DNA of 64,000 bases. Source: Planctomycetota bacterium (GTDB taxonomy: Bacteria; Planctomycetota; B15-G4). Of this stretch, positions 39,578 to 48,538 are shown piece by piece; position 1 is the first letter of the stretch; each line of letters begins with the position of its first letter. The stretch is from NCBI GenBank assembly GCA_965248575.1, contig CBDFJQ010000002.1, positions 32,001 through 96,000 of the forward strand, written 5' to 3'. Position numbers and translations under genes: made by a program. A model generated the notes under the pieces. The model had not been told where the DNA came from. It did not search any database and was given only the letters and a program-made list of their open reading frames with translations.

Positions 39578-39889
39578 ATGGCGGCACTCACAGCCTGGCT
39601 GATCCCGGCCAACGTCGTGGCCTTCGCCGTGTTCTGTCTGGACAAGGCCCTGGCTCGGGCCCAGAAGCTGCGGGTGCCCGAGGCCGTGCTCTTCGCCCTG
39701 GCCCTGGCGGGCGGCGCCTTGGGTGCGCTGCTGGGCATGCTGGTCGCGCGCCACAAAACCGCCAAGCGCTCCTTCCAGTGGACGCTGGGTGTGTTGCTTT
39801 TCCTGGAGGCGGCCCTGCTCATCGTCTGGCTGATGGGGGGCCTGGAGGGCTTGGGGCTGTCGTCGCCCTGGGGCGCGCAGGGGGAGTAG
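39578..39889 (+). CDS. DUF1294 family membrane protein
   Basis: DK..A....RVPE..L..L...GG..GA......RHKT.K.SF motif. The frame has a further hydrophobic segment upstream, so the start may be earlier. Confidence 0.88.
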   Translation: MAALTAWLIPANVVAFAVFCLDKALARAQKLRVPEAVLFALALAGGALGALLGMLVARHKTAKRSFQWTLGVLLFLEAALLIVWLMGGLEGLGLSSPWGAQGE

Positions 39890-39904
39890 GGCCAGGGGCC
39901 GAGA

Positions 39905-40240
39905 GCCGGCGCTGAGAAAAACGTCGATTCTCCCTGCAACGCCGGTGCCTGGCAGACGCTTCGGTGAGTTAGCGGGACGCGCTGCGTGCGTCGGGCAGTT
40001 TGGGCAAGAGCCCCTCCACTCGGGGGCCCTTGCCCAAACTGCTCGGCGCGCTTCGGCCCGCTGAACCAGAAACCTCGGCACAGGGAACTGTCGGCGTGGC
40101 CAAGCGGGTCGGATCGACGACCCCCGGCGCGCTGCCCAGCGCCCTGAGGTTTGGCGGCCCGGTGCGTTCGGAGAGTGCGCGCCGGGCTGCCCTTTCTCAG
40201 GCAGTCGCGTGGAGGAGTGGGCCGGGCTCAGGCACCCGGG
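39905..40240 (+). ncRNA. candidate large structured RNA between convergent genes, family unknown
   Basis: 29-bp rod 39986-40051; branched arm 40070-40152 with GGAA tetraloop; 15-bp hairpin 40153-40191; closing tgcctg/caggca. G-U pairs favour the + strand. Confidence 0.5.
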
Positions 40241-40259
40241 CGATGGGCGGCGAGGCGCC

Positions 40260-40871
40260 CTAGCGCAGCACCTCGATCAGCGAGCTGTCGACGGAGTCAC
40301 TCTCGCCCTTGAGCTTGAGCTTCACCTTGGTGGGTGCGTTGGCGACGCCCTCACCGGTCGAGGTGCCCACGAAGCTCATTGAGGCTTTCACCTTGCCGAC
40401 GGTCATGCCGGTCTTCTTCTTGCTGGCGAGCTTGACGGTCAGCTTGGACTTCTCGGGCACATAGGCCAGCTCGATGTTGATGTTGAAGCCCTTGGAAGCG
40501 AGGTCGCCCTCCAGATCAGCCTCTTCGAGGTTGGCCAACTTGGTGCCCGACAGGGCGTCCAGGCTGAGCAGGGCCTTACGCGACCGGCGGTTCTTGCGCG
40601 AATAGGTTCCGGTGAGCAGCTCGCCGGCCACGGCGATGCTGAAGTTGCCGCTGGTGGGTTCATCCCCCGTCTCGCTGCCGAGGGTCAGCTGGGCGCTGTC
40701 GATGCTGGTGGACTTGGCTTTGCCGAGCTTCTTGGCCTTGCCCTTGGAGTTGAAAGCCAACGACGGGAAGCTCCAACCGCTGTTGGAAGGGTCGAGGTCA
40801 GGCTTGGCGGCCACGAGCAGGAGGCCCAGGGCCAGCACGACGGCGAGTGTGCGTGAGCTGCGGGAAAGCAT
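40260..40871 (-). CDS. hypothetical secreted Lys-rich beta protein
   Basis: AAGGAG RBS, signal peptide, GC3-biased codons. Confidence 0.7.
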   Translation of the reverse strand: MLSRSSRTLAVVLALGLLLVAAKPDLDPSNSGWSFPSLAFNSKGKAKKLGKAKSTSIDSAQLTLGSETGDEPTSGNFSIAVAGELLTGTYSRKNRRSRKALLSLDALSGTKLANLEEADLEGDLASKGFNINIELAYVPEKSKLTVKLASKKKTGMTVGKVKASMSFVGTSTGEGVANAPTKVKLKLKGESDSVDSSLIEVLR

Positions 40872-40905
40872 GGTCGTCGCTCCTTGGTGTCGAGGGGAGG
40901 CTTCC

Positions 40906-42702
40906 TCAGTCGTTGGACGAAAGGACGGCGAGGAACGCCTTTTGGGGGATCTCGACATTGCCCACCATCTTGAGGCGCTTCTTGCCGGCCTTCTGCTTCT
41001 CGAGCAACTTGCGCTTACGGCTGATGTCACCGCCGTAGCACTTGGCAGTGACATCCTTGCGAACGGGTGCGATGTCCTCTCGCGCGACGATCTTGCCGCC
41101 CACCGCCGCCTGCAGTGCGACCTTGAACAGGTGGCGCCGGATCTCCTTGCGCAGGACCTTCAGGATGGCTCGACCGCGCGCCTCGCAGTGGCTCTTGTGC
41201 GCGATGGTGGACAGAGCATCGACTTCCTCGCTGTTGACCAGGATGCGCATCTTCACCAGGTCGTCGGCGGCGAAGCAATCCAGCTCGTAGTCCATGGTGG
41301 CGTAACCGCGGGTCACGCTCTTCAGCTTGTCGAAGAAGTCGAAGATGATCTCGGACAACGGGATGCGAAAGCCGATCAGCACGCGCCCCGGGCCGATGTA
41401 TTCCTGTTTCAGGAAGCGGCCACGGCGGTCGATGCCCAGCTTCATGATGGCCCCGACGTGGATGTCGGGCGTCACGATGTTGAGTTTGACCACGGGTTCG
41501 CGAAACTCTTCGATGCGCGTGGGGTCCGGGATCTCGCTCGGGCTGTGGATCTGCAGCAGCTCACCATCCACGGTGACGATCTCGTAGGTGACGTTGGGAG
41601 CCGTCTGCACGATGTCGATGCCGCTCTCGCGCTCCAGGCGTTCCTGCACGATCTCCATGTGCAGCAGGCCGAGGAAACCGCAACGGAAACCGAAGCCCAG
41701 GGCGTCGCTGCTTTCCGGGCTGTAGGTGAAGGCCGAGTCGTTGAGTTGCAGGCGCGAGAGGGCGGTGCGCAGGTTGTCGAAGTCGCCGTTCTGGACCGGG
41801 AAGATGCCGCAGTAGACCATGCTGCGCGCAGGGCTATACCCAGGCAGGGGCTCGCTGGTCTTGTCCTTCTCGAGCACCAGGGTGTCGCCCACGCGCACGT
41901 CCGAGAGGGTCTTGATGTTGGCGATGAGGTAGCCCACCTCGCCGGTGCCCAAGCGCTTGACGGGCTGCAGCGCAGGTCGGAACACGCCGATCTCGAGCGC
42001 CTCGTGCTTGGTGTCGCCCTGGTGCATGCGAATCCGGTCGCCGGCGGTGATGGACCCGTCCACCACCCGGATGTGCATGATCACGCCGCGGTAGTCATTG
42101 AACTCTGCGTCGTAGATCAGGGCGCGCAGCGGCGCGCCCTCGTCACCGACTGGTGGCGGCACCTGGTCGACGATCTCGTCGAGAAGTTCCTTGACGCCGG
42201 CACCGGTCTTGGCGCTCACGAGCACCGCGCGCTCACCCTCGATGGCCAAGGCGGTCTCGATCTCTTCGATGACTTCGTCCACGCGCGCCGTGGGCAGGTC
42301 GATCTTGTTGATGACCGGGAAGATCATCAGCTCGGCTTGCTCGGCCAGGATCGTGTTGTGCACGGTCTGGGCTTCGACGCCTTGGCTGGCATCGACCAGG
42401 AGCAGCGCCCCTTCGCAGGCGGCCATGGCACGCTCGACCTCGTAGTTGAAGTCCACGTGGCCTGGCGTGTCGATCAGGTTGAGTCGGTAGGTCTTGCCGT
42501 CCTTGATGTAGTCCATGGACGCGGCCTTGGCCTTGATGGTGATGCCTCGCTCGCGCTCGAGGTCCATGTCGTCGAGCTGCTGCTTTTTCTGGTCCCGGAC
42601 GGCGACCGTCTTGGTGATCTCCAGGAAGCGGTCGGCCAGGGTGCTCTTGCCGTGGTCGATGTGCGCGATGATGGAGAAGTTGCGGATCAGTTCGCGCTTC
42701 AT
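40906..42702 (-). CDS. lepA: elongation factor 4
   Basis: IRNFSIIAHIDHGKSTLADR, GFRCGFLGLLH, KCYGGDISRKRKLLEKQK. Confidence 0.98.
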   Translation of the reverse strand: MKRELIRNFSIIAHIDHGKSTLADRFLEITKTVAVRDQKKQQLDDMDLERERGITIKAKAASMDYIKDGKTYRLNLIDTPGHVDFNYEVERAMAACEGALLLVDASQGVEAQTVHNTILAEQAELMIFPVINKIDLPTARVDEVIEEIETALAIEGERAVLVSAKTGAGVKELLDEIVDQVPPPVGDEGAPLRALIYDAEFNDYRGVIMHIRVVDGSITAGDRIRMHQGDTKHEALEIGVFRPALQPVKRLGTGEVGYLIANIKTLSDVRVGDTLVLEKDKTSEPLPGYSPARSMVYCGIFPVQNGDFDNLRTALSRLQLNDSAFTYSPESSDALGFGFRCGFLGLLHMEIVQERLERESGIDIVQTAPNVTYEIVTVDGELLQIHSPSEIPDPTRIEEFREPVVKLNIVTPDIHVGAIMKLGIDRRGRFLKQEYIGPGRVLIGFRIPLSEIIFDFFDKLKSVTRGYATMDYELDCFAADDLVKMRILVNSEEVDALSTIAHKSHCEARGRAILKVLRKEIRRHLFKVALQAAVGGKIVAREDIAPVRKDVTAKCYGGDISRKRKLLEKQKAGKKRLKMVGNVEIPQKAFLAVLSSND

Positions 42703-43313
42703 GACGCGGCTCCATCGTGGCGCGCCGCCAAGGCAGCTTGCATCTGCGCCAGGGCGAGGGCCCGGTGGGAGATCTGCTGCTTCATGCCCGGGGGCAGTTC
42801 GGCAAAGGGGCGGCCCTCTGCGCGCTCATCGTCGGGGACGAAGAGCGGGTCATAGCCGAAGCCGCCTGCGCCGCTCGGAACCCTGAGCAGCTGGCCTTCG
42901 CAACGGCCTTCCACTTCGAGGTCCAGGCTGCCGTCGGGCTGGGCGATGCAGAGCGCGCAGGCGAACCACGCCCGGCGGTCGTCCACCGCCTCCATCTGGG
43001 ACAGCAGGTGGGCGTTGTTCTGGGCGTCCGTGGCGTGTTCGCCCGCAAAGCGCGCGGAGCGGATGCCGGGGGCGCCCTGCAAGGCTGCGAGGCAGAGCCC
43101 CGAATCGTCGGCCAGGGCGGGCAGCCCGGTGGCGGACGCATAGTGTCGTGCCTTGAGGCGTGCATTGGCGCCAAAGCTGTCGCCATCCTCGACGGCCTCG
43201 GGCACGTCGGGGTAGGCGTCGAGGCCCAGCGCCTCGAAGCCGAGCGCGCCCAGCAGTGGCTTCAGCTCGGCGAGCTTGCCCTTGTTCGTCGTGGCGACGA
43301 GCAGCTGGCTCAC
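42699..43313 (-). CDS. rdgB: non-canonical purine NTP pyrophosphatase (Ham1)
   Basis: ATTNKGK, ADDSGL, PGIRSAR, GFGYDPLF, SHR; GTGA overlap with rph. Confidence 0.95.
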   Translation of the reverse strand: MSQLLVATTNKGKLAELKPLLGALGFEALGLDAYPDVPEAVEDGDSFGANARLKARHYASATGLPALADDSGLCLAALQGAPGIRSARFAGEHATDAQNNAHLLSQMEAVDDRRAWFACALCIAQPDGSLDLEVEGRCEGQLLRVPSGAGGFGYDPLFVPDDERAEGRPFAELPPGMKQQISHRALALAQMQAALAARHDGAAS

Positions 43314-44032
43314 TGCGCGAGTGCCTCTTCTTGGATGGACTTCACACGCGCCAGGGCCGACTGGCCCATGGAGACCATTTCGCTCAGGTGCTCCACGCTG
43401 AAGGTGCCCTTCTCGGCACCGCCACCCATCTCGATCAGCTGGCCGCTGCCGGTCATGACAAGGTTCAGGTCGACATCGGCGGAGCTGTCCTCGTAGTAGC
43501 TGAGGTCGGCGCACAGGCCGCCATCGACGATGCCGATGCTGGTGGCCTGCAGGGAATCCTTGAGCGGCCAGTTCTTCAGCTCGCCCTGGTTCTTGAGCTC
43601 CATGAAGGCGTCGTGCACCGCGACATAGGCGCCGTTGATGCTGGTGGTGCGGGTGCCTCCGTCCGCGGCGAGTACATCGCAGTCCACCCAGACGGTGCGG
43701 CCCTTGATGGCCTTGCGATCCACCACGGCACGCAGTGCCCGGCCGATGAGGCGCTGGATCTCCACCGAGCGCCCGTCCACCCGGCCGCTGCGGTCACGCT
43801 GCTTGCGGGTGTCCGTGGAAGCAGGAAGCATGGAGTACTCGGCCGTAAGCCAGCCCTGGTCGCTGTTGCGCAGGAAGGCGGGCACGCCTTCGGTCACGAT
43901 GGCCGTGCAGAGCACCCGAGTGCGGCCCGAGTCCACCAGCACCGAGCCGGGGACGGAAGGCAGCCAGCGGCGAGTGAAATGGAGCGGCCGGATCTCGTGG
44001 GCCGCGCGGCCGTCGAGTCGAATGGTGGTCAT
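43310..44032 (-). CDS. rph: ribonuclease PH
   Basis: GWLTAEYSMLP, EIQRLIGRALR, ADGGTRT. Confidence 0.97.
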   Translation of the reverse strand: MTTIRLDGRAAHEIRPLHFTRRWLPSVPGSVLVDSGRTRVLCTAIVTEGVPAFLRNSDQGWLTAEYSMLPASTDTRKQRDRSGRVDGRSVEIQRLIGRALRAVVDRKAIKGRTVWVDCDVLAADGGTRTTSINGAYVAVHDAFMELKNQGELKNWPLKDSLQATSIGIVDGGLCADLSYYEDSSADVDLNLVMTGSGQLIEMGGGAEKGTFSVEHLSEMVSMGQSALARVKSIQEEALAQ

Positions 44033-44144
44033 AGGAGATGCTTCGTGAGGGCGTGGTCAGGACCAGCAAGTCGAGACGGCAAGGGGAATCCAACGAGTAT
44101 AGGTGCGCGCCCGCTCGGCGATCAACGCGCCGGAAGCCCTCCCA

Positions 44145-44885
44145 TCAGTCGGGGAGCAGCCGCACGTGCTCGCCGCGAGCCGTGCGGCCGTCGCTCAGGA
44201 CCAGATCTCCCTCGCTGGTGACGTCCTGGATCTCCACGTGCTCGGTCTCGCCGGACAGCTCAATCCGAACACGGCGTCCCCGAAGCCAGGAACGCTGCCG
44301 GTATTCCTGACCTGCCTGTTCGTCGCCAGGGCCCCCGATGTTCGACAACACCGTCGAGAGCTCCTCGAGCACCCGTGCCAGCAGGGCCTGGCGAGTGAGG
44401 GGGTCGGCAGACAGGCCGGCGTCCCCAGCCCGGGCGCTGAGGCTCTCGGGCAGGTCCCCAGCGGCCAGGGCGAGGTTGACCCCGAGGCCCACGACGAGCA
44501 GCTGCTCCTGTTTCGGGGAGGTCACGGACTCCACCAGCAGGCCGCCGATCTTGCGCTCCCCACGCATGAGGTCGTTCGGCCACTTGATGCGGATGTCCCG
44601 GCTGCCCAGGGCCTCGAGGGCACGGGCTGTAGCGACAGCTGCGAGCAGGGTGATGCGGCTGGGCCGAGGCAGCTCGGGGACGGCGATCACGATGCTCACG
44701 GCGAGCGAGCGCCCTGGAACGGTGATCCAGGTGGCGCCGCGCTGGCCCCGACCGGCGGTCTGCTCGTCGGCCACGACCACGACGCCCGGGCCTGCTTCGC
44801 CTGCTTCAACCAACCGGCGCGCCTCCGCGCTCGTGCTGTCGAGGCAGGCATGGTGCTGGATACTTTGGACCCTCTTCGTGGTCAT
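44145..44885 (-). CDS. birA: biotin--protein ligase without N-terminal HTH
   Basis: QTAGRGQRG..W, IKWPNDL, KIGGLLVE, G.G.N. Confidence 0.92.
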   Translation of the reverse strand: MTTKRVQSIQHHACLDSTSAEARRLVEAGEAGPGVVVVADEQTAGRGQRGATWITVPGRSLAVSIVIAVPELPRPSRITLLAAVATARALEALGSRDIRIKWPNDLMRGERKIGGLLVESVTSPKQEQLLVVGLGVNLALAAGDLPESLSARAGDAGLSADPLTRQALLARVLEELSTVLSNIGGPGDEQAGQEYRQRSWLRGRRVRIELSGETEHVEIQDVTSEGDLVLSDGRTARGEHVRLLPD

Positions 44886-44941
44886 GGATGGGATGGTAGC
44901 CCACCTCGGGCAGCACAGACCGTTATCCTCCTGGCCGCCCG

Positions 44942-45406
44942 ATGAAACTGCCCGCAGCCCCTCCATCGACGGAACACACCGGCCCGCGCCCTGCGCGTTG
45001 GCTATGGCTGCTTCTGGGCTTCGTGTGTCTCGGCTTGGGAGCGCTCGGGGTGCTCTTGCCGCTCTTGCCCACGACTCCCTTCGTGTTGCTCGCGGCGGCC
45101 TGCTTCGCCCGGGGTCACGAGGGATTCCTGCAGTGGCTGTTGCAGCATCAGGTGTTCGGCCCGAGCCTGCGGGCCTGGCGCGCACGGCATGCCCTACCGC
45201 CCAGGGTCAAACCGAAGGCCATCTCCCTGGTGGTGGTGACCATCGGCGTGTCGGTCTGGATGCTCGAGCACCCCTGGGGCCGCGCGGCGGCGGCGGGCAT
45301 GGGCGTCGCCCTGGTCATCTTCCTCGCGCGTCTGCCGGTCTGGGATGAGCGGCAGGGGCAGGGCGAGGGAACAGTCGAGGGGCTGCCGGGCGCCGAGCGG
45401 CCCTAG
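44942..45406 (+). CDS. YbaN/DUF454 family membrane protein
   Basis: LPLLPTTPFVLLAAACF and FGP motifs. Confidence 0.9.
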   Translation: MKLPAAPPSTEHTGPRPARWLWLLLGFVCLGLGALGVLLPLLPTTPFVLLAAACFARGHEGFLQWLLQHQVFGPSLRAWRARHALPPRVKPKAISLVVVTIGVSVWMLEHPWGRAAAAGMGVALVIFLARLPVWDERQGQGEGTVEGLPGAERP

Positions 45407-45604
45407 GGCGCCGGCGCAAAACGGGCCGGTGCGAGAGACGCGCAGCCATTTCCGGGGCGTCAGCCCCCGCAGATCCCACAGGCATCTGCCCCGGAAATGA
45501 CGTGCGCAAAAACACGCCTCGTGCTGTGAGCCGATGGGCGGGAAACACCCCACGCGCTCCCGCGCAACACCTCTTGCTCGCAGCGGCACTTCTCGAATGA
45601 CGTC

Positions 45605-45660
45605 GCGCTTGCCCGGTCGCTGAACCCGCCCTCCCACAGCCGGATTCAGCAGGGCAGCGC
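45605..45660 (-). terminator. long hairpin immediately downstream of the sigma-28 gene
   Basis: gctgaacccg / cggattcagc (G-U on minus strand) extended by gcgc-tgccc / gggca-gcgc. Confidence 0.45.
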
Positions 45661-45665
45661 AGTCA

Positions 45666-46760
45666 TCAAACGACCAACTGTTCGTGGCTCTCTTCGAGAT
45701 GCAGCTTCAGCTTCTTCATGACGTTGCTGTGGATCTGGCACACGCGCGATTCGGTCAGGCCCATCAGGCCGCCGATCTGCTTCATGGTCAGACCATCTCG
45801 GTAGTACATGAGGATGATCTCCTTCTCGCGCTTGTTGAGCGAGCGGATGATCGCCTTCATGACGTCTTCCTGGTTCAGGACGTCCGCCGGATCGGGGGAG
45901 CTGGGGTCCTTCAGGAAATCGATCTTCTCCACCGGCTGATCACCGGAGCCGTCATCCCAGGATTCGGAGAGGGAACGCACGGTGTGCGCCCGTGCCTCTT
46001 CGGTCATGGCGATGTAGACGTGCACGGTGACCTGCATCTCGTCCGCCATCTCGGCGTCCGTGGGCAGGCGGCCGTGGCGCGCTTCGAGTGCGGCCTGGGT
46101 GCGGGTCAACTGGTGGGCGCGCAGGCGCACCAGGCGCGGGACCCAGTCCTGGCTGCGCAGCTCGTCGAGGATGGCGCCACGCACACGGGTGCTGCAGTAG
46201 GTCTTGAACTTGATGGCGCGGTCGATGTCGAAGCCATCGATGGCATCCATGAGGCCGAAGATGCCGGCGCTCTTGAGGTCGTCCACCTCGATGCTGCGGG
46301 GGAGGGTCAGCAGCAGGCGCTCGGCAATGAAGTGCACCACGGGCAGGTACATCTCCATGAGCTGATTGCGGATGGCGGGGTTGTGGGTCTTCGCGTACTC
46401 CCGCCAGAGCTGTTCGTTCTCGCCGCCGATCTCTCCGAAGACGCGCTTGCGCTTGGCCGGGGCCTTCGCGGCCGCCTTCTTGGCGGCGGCACTCCGGGAG
46501 GCCTTGGCGGTGGTCTTGGAGGCAGTCTTCTGCGTCACGGACGGGATCAGCTTGGCTGCGGGCTTGGCGGCCTTCTTGGCAGCAGCCTTTACGGCCGGCT
46601 TCGCAGCACTCTTGGCGGCGGTCTTGGCCTTCGCAGTGCTCTTGGCGGGGGTCTTGGTGACCCGCTTGCTGGCCGCTGCGGTGGTCTTGCGGGTGGCCTT
46701 GGGAGTGGCCTTGGTGCGGGTGGTCTTGCGGGTCTTCGGTGCGGACTTCGTGGCTGGCAT
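45666..46760 (-). CDS. fliA: FliA/WhiG family sigma factor with histone-H1-like N-terminal extension
   Basis: DDLKSAGIFGL, IKFKTY..RVRGAILDELRSQDWVPR, LTESRVCQIHS; AGGAG RBS before ATG 46760. Confidence 0.9.
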   Translation of the reverse strand: MPATKSAPKTRKTTRTKATPKATRKTTAAASKRVTKTPAKSTAKAKTAAKSAAKPAVKAAAKKAAKPAAKLIPSVTQKTASKTTAKASRSAAAKKAAAKAPAKRKRVFGEIGGENEQLWREYAKTHNPAIRNQLMEMYLPVVHFIAERLLLTLPRSIEVDDLKSAGIFGLMDAIDGFDIDRAIKFKTYCSTRVRGAILDELRSQDWVPRLVRLRAHQLTRTQAALEARHGRLPTDAEMADEMQVTVHVYIAMTEEARAHTVRSLSESWDDGSGDQPVEKIDFLKDPSSPDPADVLNQEDVMKAIIRSLNKREKEIILMYYRDGLTMKQIGGLMGLTESRVCQIHSNVMKKLKLHLEESHEQLVV

Positions 46761-46910
46761 CTGCAGCAATCTCCTGGTTGTCGGCAACTGGCTACCCGGT
46801 CGGCGCGTGGGGACGGCCGGGCCCTTTAGCTTTGCGTCCCGCCCTTACGAGCGGTTTGCCCTGCCTGTCATCGGTCTCCGCAGAGGTCGATGTCAGCGAC
46901 AGCAGGAATG

Positions 46911-46937
46911 TCATCGGTGCAAGGTGTACAAACTGTA
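46911..46937 (-). promoter_or_regulatory. candidate sigma-28 promoter TACAGTTT-N11-ACCGATGA upstream of the sigma-28 gene
   Basis: 13/16 match, with exact spacing, to the extended consensus TAAAGTTT-N11-GCCGATAA. Confidence 0.6.
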
Positions 46938-47179
46938 CAAGCAGCGCGACCCAGCCCGGAGAGGCGGTCGGCACTGGATAGGTCCGATGAAGATCAATCC
47001 CGCGACGATTTTGGCGTCGTGGTCTGGGATCGGACAAACGCCCCCAGGACTTGAGGGCGGACCGGTGGCCCTGGAAAAAAAGTCAGCGCACGCCCTCAAG
47101 CGAAGGCGGGCCATCGAGCCTTGCCCCACGGCTGGCTGGGGTCTGGGCAGGAGGAAGGGCGCCGGGCGCCCGCCCACGA

Positions 47180-47701
47180 TCAGGAGGGGACGCTGGCGGG
47201 CTTCGTGAGGTTGGTCTCGCCGAAGTAGCCCTCGGCAAAACCGAGGAACTGCGCCTCGATGAACTGTTCCAGCTCTTCCCGACCCGAATCGTCCATGGTC
47301 GTGGCGTGGCTGTGGGTCTCGAGGTCCCGGTTCCGGATGGTCTTGCGGCACTGGATGCCGAAGGTCTTGTCGTTGCTGTGGGGGTCGAGCAGGAACATCA
47401 GGCGCGAGAAGTAGCTGCCGATCTGCCCGTCGCCGTCGATGAGACGCTCGTCGGAGCGCAGGGCGAGCATGTACTTGCCCTCGAAGAACCCCCGGGTGAG
47501 CGCGAAACCAGGCGCCTCGGTGAGGAAGTTGTCGACGAAGTCGTCGATCACGGATTCCAGCTGCTCGCGATAGTCGAAAGCGGCCACGGTGAGCAGAGAA
47601 CGCTGAATGTCAGCCGCAGAGCGGACCTTATGGGAGGCCTCACTGCGCTTCTGGCTGGCATCGCGAATCTGCTTCAACTTGTCACGGAAGCGATTCGTCA
47701 T
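47180..47701 (-). CDS. hypothetical cytoplasmic protein
   Basis: Coding-like codon bias; start at 47701 or 47728; no recognised motif. Confidence 0.7.
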   Translation of the reverse strand: MTNRFRDKLKQIRDASQKRSEASHKVRSAADIQRSLLTVAAFDYREQLESVIDDFVDNFLTEAPGFALTRGFFEGKYMLALRSDERLIDGDGQIGSYFSRLMFLLDPHSNDKTFGIQCRKTIRNRDLETHSHATTMDDSGREELEQFIEAQFLGFAEGYFGETNLTKPASVPS

Positions 47702-47907
47702 AGGGATGCTCGTCTTGGAGGAGGTCATACTGGGCTCAACGCATCTATCGGCATGGGGGAGGGATGTGTGAGAGAAGAATACGTCGGGCTTTTTGATAGG
47801 CAAGGAGAGCCGAAATTCGGGCCCGAATCGCCGATTGCTGCCTCAGCAGAGGGGCTCGTCCTTCGAAGTTTTGTCGGGCGAGGGCGTTTCACGACGGAAA
47901 CGGAAGC

Positions 47908-48426
47908 TCAGCTGTAGCGCAGAAGTGCCCTCACGTCACGATCCCCTAGCCGTTCTGCCCAGGGAATGAAGTCGAGGGCGATGATGAACCCGAGAGCCGA
48001 GACCTTCGCCCCTAGTTGTTCCACCAACTCGCAGGCCGCCGTGGCCGTTCCGCCCGTGGCAATGAGGTCATCCACGACGATGATCGACTGGCCGCTTTGC
48101 ACGGCATCGCTGTGCATCTCCACCTTGTCCGTACCGTATTCGAGGGAGTACTCACGGGAGACGACGTCGTAGGGCAGCTTGCCGGGCTTGCGGATGGGCA
48201 CGAAGCCCACATCCATGACCATGGCGAGCGCGGCTCCGAACAGGAAGCCACGGGATTCGATGCCCACGATGGCGTCGCAGGCCACGCCGTCCAGCGCCAG
48301 AGCCAATTGCTCGATACTGGCGCGGAAGGCCTTGCTGTTGCCCAGCAAGGGCGTGATGTCCTTGAAGACGATGCCCGGTTTGGGGAAGTCCGGGATGTCG
48401 CGGATGTAGTCTTCGAGGTTGGTCAT
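47908..48426 (-). CDS. apt: adenine phosphoribosyltransferase
   Basis: DFPKPGIVFKDITPLL, ESRGF, YSLEYG, VDDLIATGGT. Confidence 0.97.
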   Translation of the reverse strand: MTNLEDYIRDIPDFPKPGIVFKDITPLLGNSKAFRASIEQLALALDGVACDAIVGIESRGFLFGAALAMVMDVGFVPIRKPGKLPYDVVSREYSLEYGTDKVEMHSDAVQSGQSIIVVDDLIATGGTATAACELVEQLGAKVSALGFIIALDFIPWAERLGDRDVRALLRYS

Positions 48427-48440
48427 CGTTCTGAGGTCCA

Positions 48441-48486
48441 GGTCTGGAAACAGGTTTGGAGGTGGGTTTGGAGAGAGGATTGGGGA
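48441..48486. repeat. four imperfect 12-bp-period repeats GGWYTGGR upstream of apt
   Basis: ggtctggaaaca ggtttggaggtg ggtttggagaga ggattgggga. Confidence 0.6.
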
Positions 48487-48538
48487 CTGACAGCTGGAGA
48501 GTACCCCGACCCGGGGCCGCCATCACGTCCGGGCGGCA

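Noticed and set aside
40153..40191. Hairpin resembling group II intron domain V
   Set aside because: No AGC/CGC triad or AC bulge, no domain VI, region too short, and no RT gene.
39951..40191. Fragments similar to a c-di-GMP-I riboswitch (GGCAGAC, GGACGC, GCCGGGCTGCC)
   Set aside because: Pieces are about 200 nt apart, CGCAAA is missing, and there is no downstream same-strand gene.
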